DNA from: Eledone cirrhosa
Taxonomy: Eukaryota
Length of the DNA: 64,000 nt
Assembly (NCBI GenBank): GCA_964016885.1
Contig: OZ024742.1
Span: 315,890,001 to 315,954,000, forward strand
Reading direction: 5' to 3'
Shown here piece after piece: positions 48,221-57,891 of the stretch. The notes beneath the pieces were generated by a model that saw nothing but the letters and a program-made list of their open reading frames with translations, had not been told where the DNA came from and ran no database searches. A program made the position numbers and the translations under genes. Within the stretch, counting starts at the first letter, position 1, and every line of letters begins with the position of its first letter.

Positions 48221-49074
48221 TACGCACTCCCACGTACAAACTCTAACCATTTACCACATACCCAACTAGTTACACACAGACATATCCATTCAACTAGACA
48301 CAAACAAATTGGCCAAACTTGGAATTAATTTAAAGTGAGCGTGAACATTGTCTTTGAAATCTTTAGAATATTCTCGTATTTACCTTTGAAACGTGTCTAG
48401 ACTTCAAGGCTGAAGCTATTAATCAATTAAGTTTCGGTGAAGATAATATTGTGAGTTAACACGAGGGGAATAGAGGGAGTAGTGCTAAACGGGGTAGTCG
48501 TGCATGGTGACAGGAACGATGTATATGCTGGTGGTTGTCGTGGTAGTAGTGATATGGTGATAATTGTTGTGCTATTTCTGCTGTTGCTTGTTGTTGCTCT
48601 TAATGTTGTTGATGTTTTAGCGTCAGATCACTTGTGATCAAATAGACTTGACCAACAGACATTCCAGACTCATGTGTCTTTCCTTAGTAAGGGTGTGGTG
48701 GAAATTATGCACTTTCTGGTGTCACTTGTTGGTGGCTTCGTTGTTGTTGGTGTCTACCCCTGTGAACTGTCCTGATCAAACAGAACTATGATAAAAATGT
48801 ATTCCAGTCGTGACCATTCTGTTTTTTTTTTTCGTATTGCAGCAAATCCAGGACATCAAGAACCAACATATAATTATTTAAGATGTTAGGGTGAAAGTTG
48901 AGGTAAATTTGGCTGCTATTTCTCACAGATCAAGTGAGCACATAGAGGCCTCTGCTGTTTACCATCTAAACTACATTTATTATATCTTCTACAAAGACAC
49001 TTATTGAAGAATTTGTTAAAATAATCACTGACTTACTGGAAAGTTTTTACTACTAATATAGAAGAATAATGATT

Positions 49075-49272
49075 TCTAGTATAGGCACAAGGCCTGTAAT
49101 TTGGGGGTAGGGAGTAGTCGATTAAATCGACCCCAGTGCATGACTGATACTTTATTTTATCGACCCCGTAAGGATGAAAGCAAAGTTAACCTCAGTGGGA
49201 TTTGAACTCAAATCATAAAAGGCCGTAATGACGCCCGACCCTCTACCGATACTGCCAATCCACCGCCCTTTG
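49075..49272 (-). mobile_element. Nin-domain-type tRNA SINE with 16-bp target-site duplication
   Basis: Box B GAGTTCAAATCCC and core CTTTCATCCTTACGGGGTCGATAAAAT on the minus strand. TAGAAGAATAATGATT is duplicated at 49059-49074 and 49273-49288. Confidence 0.9.
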
Positions 49273-49522
49273 TAGAAGAATAATGATTGGTGTACAAATA
49301 TCAAATCATTTTTTAAACACCTCTGACAATTATTAAATTATTATCAGTAGCACCAAAGTTTCTGTTACTATGTTTCTCCAACTGTTCATATTATTTGTCA
49401 GTGATGAAAGCAGCTTGTATACAATGTATACAGATTATAAACCTATTTTTCATTTTCTTATATTCAGTATCTTTGTTAATAGAATAATTAGTTATCCTTT
49501 GTAAAGTTTGTATGTGATACAT

Positions 49523-49723
49523 ACAAACATGTCAACTCTCCCCGTTCGGCGGGAAGATCTCCCATTCACTTTGGGATGGGTGAAAGATGACTTCTCTTGT
49601 GAAAATGGGTATAGCTTTCATTATGTAAAATCTCCCCATTTTGCCTTATTTCTCACCGTTTTGGGTGGGGCACCTTTTTTCATAGTACTCCCTGTTTGAG
49701 TTTTTAGAGGTTGGCGGGTCTGT
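49523..49723. mobile_element. Possible old MITE of about 200 bp
   Basis: The left end ACAAACATGTCAACTCT resembles the reverse complement of the right end, ACAGACCCGCCAACCTCT (imperfect terminal inverted repeat). No clear TSD. Confidence 0.3.
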
Positions 49724-50037
49724 ACATATGTTCAATTGATGGATCCTCTGTTGATTTTGAGCCCAGATTCCCTAAATCCACATATGTAATTGCTTTTATG
49801 ACGGTTCATCATATTAATCCCGTAATTTTGAGCTAAGGAAACATTAGAATTTGTTAACACCTGTTTCTCAGTAACTTCAGTTTTCTTCGCTCTGACTCTG
49901 TAACCTTTAAAGGAGATCAACGGTAGGTCACACCCAGCCAAATATCTTCAAAGTCCCCCGTTTTAGGCGTCACACGTGTTTCTCCATCTTACTAATTACA
50001 TTTGATCAATCGGCTCAATCAGAGCGGACGTGAACTA

Positions 50038-50098
50038 AACAACAGCAACAACAATAACATCAACCACCACCATACTACTCCTCCTCCTCCTCCTCCTC

Positions 50099-50146
<48 letters not shown>

Positions 50147-50180
50147 CTACTACTGCTACTGCTACTTCTACTACTAATAA
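50038..50180. repeat. Compound trinucleotide microsatellite (AAC/CCT/ACT/GCT)n
   Basis: Directly visible. It explains the poly-P/T/A and poly-S ORFs. Confidence 0.95.
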
Positions 50181-50392
50181 TGGTTTCTACTTTAGGCACA
50201 AGGCCAGCAATTTGAAGCGGGAGGGGGAAGTCTATTAAATCCACCCCAGTAAGGATGAAAGGCAAATATTAGCATATTACAAATCCCACTGAGGTTAACT
50301 TTGCCTTTCATCCTTACGAGGTCGATAAAATAAGATACCAGTAATACACTGGGATAATTGCTGGCCTTGTACCAAATGTAGAAACAATTATT
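50176..50392. mobile_element. Two truncated Nin-type SINE fragments in opposite orientation (50176-50265 minus, 50279-50392 plus)
   Basis: GGCACAAGGCCAGCAATT..GTAAGGATGAAAGGCAAA is followed by TTTGCCTTTCATCCTTAC..AATTGCTGGCCTTGTACC. Confidence 0.8.
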
Positions 50393-50754
50393 AAATTGAT
50401 CCAGGAAAAGAAATGAAACCATATATAGTAAGTGGATCTTCTAGTCTATGGCGCTTCCCAAATTCATATAGAGTCGTGAGCGAAGAAGTGAATCTTTACA
50501 CAGTCTTCCAATCTGCGAGAAATAACAGCTAAGTATCCATCAAATCATACACTACTTAAAAGAGAAAAAATACTCACTGGACAATCTAGTCATTGATATA
50601 TGAACAGACGGCATGGTCATGTTTGGATACCTTTGAATAGTAGGTCTGTTCGATTAGGGCTAACTTGGAGTTAAACAACATGCATTAGGGTGTGTTTTCA
50701 CGTATTTATGAACTCGTGTGTATGCGTATGTATGTATGCACTTATTTGTATGCA

Positions 50755-50786
<32 letters not shown>

Positions 50787-51298
50787 AGTATGAGCATTTA
50801 TATTTTGTGTGTGCATGTATGATACAAAAAAATGGTGTTCAGTGGATAGGAAAGATTTGTTCATCGTGAACTGACAGTGTACCGGAGGAAGTGAACAGGA
50901 AACTATTCCAGCGCAACCACCCTTTTAATACAAGACACTGCAATGTATTGTGATTGCAATCACATACGGGTGGGCGAGTTTAAGCACAGATATAAAAATA
51001 CACCGGAAATGATAGCATGAATTTATAGGCAGAAGATAAAAAGAATGTTAAAACTTTGTGTGATAGTGTTTGTAATACTATACTGTACATCACAGCAGTA
51101 GATATCTTTTGATTTTTCCTCTCCTAAATCTGTTTGATCTTCTCTCGATAACAGAGATATGAATTGCGAAGTCAAAATGTCTTCTTTTCTATAATATTTT
51201 AAAATATACTTTCTAAAGCATTTCCTCTCGGAACACTAAATGATACAAGCGTCATTGACTGGGAAGTAATTTAGGGAATTAAATACACTATGTGAGAG

Positions 51299-51430
51299 GT
51301 GGAAGTATGGTTATGCGGTTAAGGAGTTTCTTATGCAACCACGTGGTGTTGAGTTCACTCTCACTGCGTAAAACATCGAGCAAGTGCTTTCTGCAATAGC
51401 TTAAATAAACCCGTAGAGTAAATATTTATT
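51299..51430 (+). mobile_element. Degenerate tRNA-derived SINE head
   Basis: Box A-like TGGTTATGCGGTTAAG, box B-like GAGTTCACTCTC, then GAGCAAGTGCTTTCT. Confidence 0.5.
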
Positions 51431-51438
51431 ATTAGAAA

Positions 51439-51604
<166 letters not shown>

Positions 51605-51707
51605 CATATATATACACACACACACTCGATGCGGGAAGGAGCAACTTAACAGACACGATTTTTAACTGTAGTAAGAAATGTTTTTCTTATATCAAAGTTT
51701 AATGGGC

Positions 51708-51832
51708 TTCCACTGATGATTTATAAACGCCCACCTAAATATATTCTTACATGAATGTATATTAGGCTTCTACATAAACTGGAAATATTCTCCGAATTTG
51801 TAGAAAACTTATAATGAAACAATTGTTTGGAA
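51708..51832 (+). ncRNA. Type I hammerhead ribozyme with long branched stem II and palindromic stem III
   Basis: Stem I TTCCA (51708) / TGGAA (51828), CTGATGA 51713-51719, stem II base TTATAA/TTATAA, GAAA 51816-51819, stem III CAATTG. Predicted cleavage triplet GUU ending at 51827. Confidence 0.75.
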
Positions 51833-52017
51833 TGAGAGATATATTTTAACTTTAATTATATCTTATAAAATAATACAACTGGCTTTTCCACATAATACAT
51901 ATTGTTAGCACCCCAAACACTTAAATTGGATTTATATTAAAATATAACCTAATGTTTGTTGAGTGAGATGGTTACCAGTCAGAGATTAGCTTTAAACTAT
52001 CTCTGTTATTGTATTAA

Positions 52018-52021
<4 letters not shown>

Positions 52022-52079
<58 letters not shown>
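52022..52079. repeat. (TA)n microsatellite
   Basis: Directly visible. Confidence 0.98.
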
Positions 52080-52081
<2 letters not shown>

Positions 52082-52185
52082 AAAATGAGCTTTTTTTGAA
52101 TAACAAAAAAACAGATATCCTACACGGGTGAAAGTATAAGGAAAAGAAATCGAAAATGCAGCTGGAGTCTTTATATATATATATA

Positions 52186-52660
52186 TATCAAGGCCATAGT
52201 ATCTCAGATAGGACTTCCAATTTATCTGCCAGCCAAGAGATCTTCAACGATAATGCGGAGTGCTACAATGTAGCTTTAGCTAAGGCGGTCTATGGCCATA
52301 GTATTAGTTATAACCCCATGGGTTACGATAGTGGTGCCTTCTATGTACATTCGAAAACCAGTCTCGGAGAAAGAGGAAACCCATTAAATGCTGGAGGGGT
52401 GGGGGACACTGCACCAAAAACCTCAGGACCCAGTATTGACTTAGCATTAGAGTCTAGCACCATTACGCTTGCGAGAAACGCACATGCCTTCCTCCCAACA
52501 TCCGAATAAACGTAATGTAAACGACTGGTCTAATGCCGCTGCAAACCTCCCAGGCCCATGCGTCGTGGACTACAGGACACGAACTAGGGTAGACAGTGAA
52601 ATACTCCATCGTGGGAACTCTGGTGCTGGCCAATATCTCTCTCTACCTTCCTATCTATAT
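52186..52660 (+). pseudogene. Penelope-like element fragment (RT thumb region and following linker)
   Basis: SNLSASQEIFNDNAECYNVALAKAVYGHSISY aligns with SRLSANERIFDEHAPYYNQALKRSGFREEISY of the 55819-57891 protein. The right boundary is uncertain. Confidence 0.7.
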
Positions 52661-53008
52661 AGTTAAGATTTATGAAAGAGTATTTCCAGTGAAATACACA
52701 ATATATAGTGAAATAAACTATATAAAGAAAATAATCCATACCTTGAATTATTTGTAAGCCCCCCCCCCCCCCAATTACATATTGTTGTAACTGGCAATTT
52801 CCTATGGTATAACATTAGTTCTTTGTCCTGCACTCACGACCGTACACTGACACACCACACGGAAGCATGCTTGTTCATTCCTTTACCATCTTACTGTTTG
52901 CCGCCAGTTTGCTACGACTATTCATGAGCTCCACAACATATATCTCTGTGTCTGGATGTGTGCTTACAAGCGCTAGTAACCCTTAATATACAACTTAATT
53001 CGTGCATA

Positions 53009-53084
53009 CATGTATGTATGTATGTATGTATGTATGTATGTATGTATGTATGTATGTATGTATGTATGTATGTATGTATGTATG
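53009..53084. repeat. (TATG)n microsatellite
   Basis: Directly visible. Confidence 0.98.
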
Positions 53085-53690
53085 TCAGGTCACCAGTTGG
53101 TGCTACTGGTAACATGTATCCCAGTACAACCTGTCCCATGGTCGGGTCGTTGGCGACTAAACTGGCAACCCCACCAAGGTTTCTTGGTAAGGAGGGTGAC
53201 TTTGGACATCCTGCAGGACTAAAAACAAAACCTGTCAAAGGGCAAAGGAGCTCTTAAGAGTCAATGGCCATCCCAAATCACTGGGAGAGATGACCCCTTA
53301 GCCTTTGTCAAGGCAGAATTCTAGGAGAAGGAAAACTCTGATATAACACCTGCAACCCTGATGGTACCCAATGATGTTGACTTGTTCTTCTTTTTGGTAA
53401 ATATCATCTTGGTTAAGAGAGTGGGACTGGCTTTGTGCAGTGCCTTTGCTCACTATAAAAGCTTCACGGCACAGGCATTGCTTTATATCTGGAGATCTCT
53501 CTGCACTTGTTGTCACATGGTACCATGGGCCCAGCACTGTGTCAATAATTTTCACAAGTGTAGTGTTTGTACCAGAGTTTTCAAGTCGCTGGCTGGACTA
53601 AAAAGTCACACTCGTTCAGCGCATCGGTAGGGGTTCTCCTACATGGATATAAAGTAGTGGCCGTACTCGAAAACGAGTTGGCAGCCACCA
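53085..53690 (+). mobile_element. Non-autonomous, internally deleted RTE-type retroelement (5' UTR joined to 3' end)
   Basis: RTE 5'UTR-like CTAGGAGAAGGAAAACTCTGA is joined within 600 bp to a terminal C2H2 motif HKCSVCTRVFKSLAGLKSHTRSAH-stop and a short 3' UTR. (TATG)n flanks it, and a near-identical 5'-truncated copy starts at 59261. Confidence 0.7.
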
Positions 53691-53966
53691 TGTATGTATG
53701 TATGTGTGTATGTATGTTCTGGTTTTATAATTTCACAAATTTTATTAATAGAGAGAGAGAGTCGGTTTCTAACATAGTTACAAGACTCTCTCATTGGAAT
53801 GTACACAACATCAACTAGGTAGATATGTAAGCATGTCTGCATGCTTGCATGTGTGTGCAGGTATGGATGTTATTGTATGTGTGGATGTGGATGTTTTGAA
53901 TTGTATGTGTGTATGTGCATACGCTTTGTATCTGTACATGTGCAGTTATTAGTATCTCTGCAGTTA

Positions 53967-54620
53967 TTAGATGCAGAATATTTGGAATGTTTTACATATT
54001 TTTACTGTTCCATTAATGGATTGTACTTGTAATTTCCTAACTAGTTGAGTTATTTCTGTTACTGTGAAGCCCAGCTTCTCAAGATTTGTACTGAGGCAGT
54101 TACTAACATATTCCAGTGACCCAATAATCACAGGCATAAATCTGAAGGTATAGTCAGGGTGGAGTATCTGTAGATTTCTCATTAGTTCTGCATAGATATT
54201 CTCCTTTTTGCTAATCTTTAATATTATATTGGCATCTGCTGGGCAGCTAATTTCCACTACTGTGAATACCTTCTTTTGCCTGTCTCACATCATTATATTT
54301 GGTCTGTTATGCCTGCATTTTAGAGGGGTTTTGACTGAAACATTCCACCAGTACTCTTTCATATGTCTTCCACATTGCTGTAGCTTTTAATGTGTTTATT
54401 GTTGGGGCTATCTTTTCTACAGATTGCATTGTACAGTGTTTTGGCCACTACATCATGCCTCATAGGCAGATAATACCGTGATGACATCTTTGGACAGCTG
54501 CTTATGACATGGGTGACATCTTCGATGTTAATTCTGAAGTCTGCACTTGGTGTCAAATCTAGGTGTTTTGCCTGCGTCCCTATCTCTTTTGTGAATCAGT
54601 TATTTTGTATTAATTTCCTG
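53967..54620 (-). pseudogene. 3' fragment of an RLE-type non-LTR retrotransposon (zinc knuckle + restriction-like endonuclease)
   Basis: Minus-strand frames KCRL..IEDVTHVISSCPKMSSRYYLPMRHDVVAK (CCHC knuckle + RHD) and HNRPN..VVEISCPAD..KENIYAEL..FMPVIIGSL, broken by frameshifts and stops. Confidence 0.85.
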
Positions 54621-54820
54621 TATGTATGTATGTACTAGGAAGCATTGGAAAACCTGATATATGAAAATCTGGTTACCAAATTGCAGATAACTATAATAGT
54701 AGTTGAGAAATATAGATGGTAATTGATTAAATTGCTAAAGTACAATTGGAGACAGTAAGAAGAGGCCAGAGACGGCATATATATTCATATATATGTAAGT
54801 ATGCCTATATATATATATAT

Positions 54821-55876
54821 ATAGGAACCAGTAAGACCCCGACAGCTGAGCTCAAGCCGTTTCGACGGCTAATTCTGGACTAAATGAAAATTTATCCTGG
54901 TATTTAAATAGCCGATCTTCTCAAGGGGTAATTCCATATATGGTCAAAGTGATTGTCAAAAATCAGTAGTAATTCTGTGGTTGCAAATTAGTAGGGGAGA
55001 TGGTGGCTAAACCTGCCAGTAGGAGAAAGAGGGGAGGGGGTGGAGTAGACCCAATCAAGCGTTGGTAGTGCCAGCTACAGCTGGGCATGAGGTCAAAGAA
55101 GATACAGGGGAGGGGGAGGGGGAGGAAGTCGGAACGGTAGGTAGAACAATGGGGGGTAGAAATAGGAAAGAAAAAATACTAAGAGTGAAGAAAAGCAAAT
55201 AAGTGTAAAGAAAAAAGTAAAGTAAATTAAATTCTACGACCTAGGTGTCAGGCTATTGTTAGGCGAGAATAAAATAAAGAAAGAAAGAAAGAAGTAAATA
55301 AATAAATAAATAAATAAATAAGGAAATAAGTAAGAGAACTAGGTGGGACGGATAAGGCAAGGACCCTTTTAAGAGGTATAAGTACGTAAATGATACGGTG
55401 ACGGGTCAACAAAAGGGGCCAAAATACTAAAGAGACTACCACGAAATAAACAATAAAGGTTTCCATCCCGGGCCAGCAACGACCCAGTGCAGCAAAGTGA
55501 ACTTGTACGAGATAATAATTCTGAGTCCCGAGAAAAATAAATACTAATGCTAACTCTAAAAGATCTAAAACAAGCTACATGAAAGTTCGTACGAAATAAA
55601 GGTAGAATACGGAGAAATAAATTCAGAATCCACCCCGCCCAGAAGAAAAGCGAAGCAAGAAATACTGAAACGAAAAAATAAGGCATGTGCCACTAAGAAA
55701 TATAGAGGGCACAGAGAATAGTGGGAGCGGTCGGAAAAAGGGGGAAAATATCCGGGGTCTAAGCCAACTGCTATAAAGGGCGGAGTCCGCCAAATCTATC
55801 AAAGACTAGGGGAGGGGGGTGGGGGTACTAAGGCTACATGGGGCCAAAGGGCAGCCTCGGGTGGGCGAGAAAAGAC
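54821..55876 (-). repeat. Inverted partial pLTR copy (reverse complement of 58049-59104)
   Basis: Paired positions sum to 113925 at both ends. Identical mirror ORFs 55248-55466/58459-58677 and 55369-55686/58239-58556. One mismatch noticed (55181 A versus 58744 C). Confidence 0.97.
54836..54929 (-). ncRNA. Type I hammerhead ribozyme (U3-A8 variant), inverted copy
   Basis: Exact reverse complement of 58996-59089. Confidence 0.8.
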
Positions 55877-57891
55877 TTCGGCACCAAGACTTCGGCACCA
55901 AGGAGAGATTCGGATTTATTACCTACAAATCTCCGCCCCTGAACCCCTTGCTCGCACCCTTCGAGAATGACCTCTTCCAACTGGTCAAGAACATTAAATT
56001 TAAACCCAGACACAACCGATTCCTACAAAAACTCCGTAGCAACTTAACAGACTATGATAACACAAATGACATCATGGTGCATTCGGATAAAACTGGGAAC
56101 CTATACTTTGTCAACCCTGACAGATACCACACACTGATCAGGAGCAGCCTAAACTCCACCTATAAAAAGGCCAACCACTCTTGTATCGAGGACATAAATC
56201 GAGATGGACAACAAATCACCTCCAGCCTCGGGGTCGCCGACCGCACGGAACCTCTAGACCCACGTACACCATACTTCACACTGAAGGACCATAAATCCGA
56301 TTTTGACTGTAAACCCTCCACCAGGCTTATTAACCCAACCAAGTCCGACATAGGGAGAATCAGCAAAAAAATCCTAGACCGCGTGATACCAAAAGTCAAG
56401 CAACACACCCGACTTAGCCTATGGATCAACACCCAGGAAGTAATCTCCTGGTTCAGCAATATGGAGGATAAACGAGAAACTAAATTCATACAGTTCGACA
56501 TAGAGAGCTACTATGCTTCAATCACCTTACCGCTACTTACTGCCGCCTTGGACTTCGCCGAAACACTCGTGCCCATCACCGACCAGGAAAGAAAAATCAT
56601 CCTCCACGCCAGGAAGACAGTCTTACTCTTTGACGACTCTAAATGGATAAAAAGAGCTCCCGACTCACCCTTCGACGTCAGCATGGGCGCCACGGATTCG
56701 GCGGAGGTCACTGATCTTATAGGATTATTCCTAATAGCCAAACTCACTGATATGTTTCCTGCATTCGGTGGTGGATTGTACCGTGATGATGGGCTCCTTA
56801 CCCTTAAAGGGTACAACCCCAGTAGTACAGATCGGGTCCGGAAACAATTAATCAGATTCTTCCGCGACTGGGGATTTAAAATAACCCTACAAACGTCCCT
56901 GACCCGAGTAAACTTCCTGGACGTAACCCTCGACCTCGAAAACGACCTGTACTACCCATACAGGAAACCTAATGACAATCTGCACTACATCCACCGCCGA
57001 TCAAACCATCCTAGGAACATCACAAACAACCTGGTCAAAAACATCTCCCTCCGCATATCCCGTTTGTCAGCTAATGAGCGGATATTCGATGAACATGCGC
57101 CTTATTACAACCAGGCCCTCAAGCGGAGTGGTTTCCGGGAGGAAATATCCTACTGTCCAGCTCCCATTAGCGGAACCAGCAGGAGACACCGCCGCTCACG
57201 CAATGTAACATGGTTCAATCCTCCCCACAACGCAGAGGTGACTACTCCCATCGGGAAACTATTCTTTAGGCTCATTGAAAAACACTTTCCATTACAACAC
57301 CGCTACCACAACATAATTAACAAAAATACCATCAAACTCTCTTACAGCACTACACCAAACTTCGCACAAAACATCGTCTCCTCTAACAACAAAAAACTCA
57401 ACCCCGATGGCAGAAATAACCTAATTAGCAGTGGAGAACCGACCAGGAGGTGTAACTGCCCGGATAGATCTATTTGCCCACTCGACAATAGATGCAGAGA
57501 CCGTAATGTGATCTACCAGTGCAACGTGAGGACGGATACCTCCAACAAAGCCTATATAGGACTTACCGCATGTGACTTCAAGACCCGGCTATACCAACAT
57601 AGACATACCTTCCGAAACCCGGCCCGGCGTCACGCCACTACACTTTCGGGCCACATATGGGACCTCAAGGACAACAACATCACCTATGATCTCACTTGGA
57701 GATTACTGTCCAGAGCCAATTCTTACACGGGAGGACGCCGTCCGTGCAATTTATGCTCGGAGGAAACTTTACAAATGCTGTTTTCGACGGACCAACTCCT
57801 AAACAAGAAAGATGAACTGGTTACTGCATGTAAACATGGATTGCGTAGGACTTACCTCGCCCTCAAACCCCACAATGACCCGGGGGGGTAG
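55819..57891 (+). CDS. PLE reverse transcriptase + GIY-YIG endonuclease, N-terminally truncated (element-derived frame starts about 55877; first in-frame ATG 56074)
   Basis: SDKTGN, FIQFDIESYYASI, SMGATDSAEV, GLYRDDGL, VNFLDVTLDL and YRKP (RT). CNCPDRSICPLDNRC, NVIYQC..KAYIGLT..FKTRLYQH, CNLCSEE and CKH (GIY-YIG with Cys motifs). No internal stops. Confidence 0.93.
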   Translation: MGVLRLHGAKGQPRVGEKRLRHQDFGTKERFGFITYKSPPLNPLLAPFENDLFQLVKNIKFKPRHNRFLQKLRSNLTDYDNTNDIMVHSDKTGNLYFVNPDRYHTLIRSSLNSTYKKANHSCIEDINRDGQQITSSLGVADRTEPLDPRTPYFTLKDHKSDFDCKPSTRLINPTKSDIGRISKKILDRVIPKVKQHTRLSLWINTQEVISWFSNMEDKRETKFIQFDIESYYASITLPLLTAALDFAETLVPITDQERKIILHARKTVLLFDDSKWIKRAPDSPFDVSMGATDSAEVTDLIGLFLIAKLTDMFPAFGGGLYRDDGLLTLKGYNPSSTDRVRKQLIRFFRDWGFKITLQTSLTRVNFLDVTLDLENDLYYPYRKPNDNLHYIHRRSNHPRNITNNLVKNISLRISRLSANERIFDEHAPYYNQALKRSGFREEISYCPAPISGTSRRHRRSRNVTWFNPPHNAEVTTPIGKLFFRLIEKHFPLQHRYHNIINKNTIKLSYSTTPNFAQNIVSSNNKKLNPDGRNNLISSGEPTRRCNCPDRSICPLDNRCRDRNVIYQCNVRTDTSNKAYIGLTACDFKTRLYQHRHTFRNPARRHATTLSGHIWDLKDNNITYDLTWRLLSRANSYTGGRRPCNLCSEETLQMLFSTDQLLNKKDELVTACKHGLRRTYLALKPHNDPGG

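Noticed and set aside
53361-53630. Small C2H2 zinc-finger gene (also 59314-59583)
   Set aside because: It is a single finger at the 3' end of a repeated retroelement derivative, preceded by UTR-like sequence.
55248-55686. Mirror ORF pairs (55248-55686 minus, 58239-58677 plus) as duplicated membrane-protein genes
   Set aside because: They are translations of the T-rich pLTR and its inverted copy.
55819-55876. GTG at 55819 as the natural start of the RT ORF
   Set aside because: It lies inside the inverted pLTR copy. The native N-terminus is missing.
57450-57891. Selenocysteine-encoding Naiad
   Set aside because: The conserved cysteines use TGT/TGC and the ORF has no in-frame TGA.
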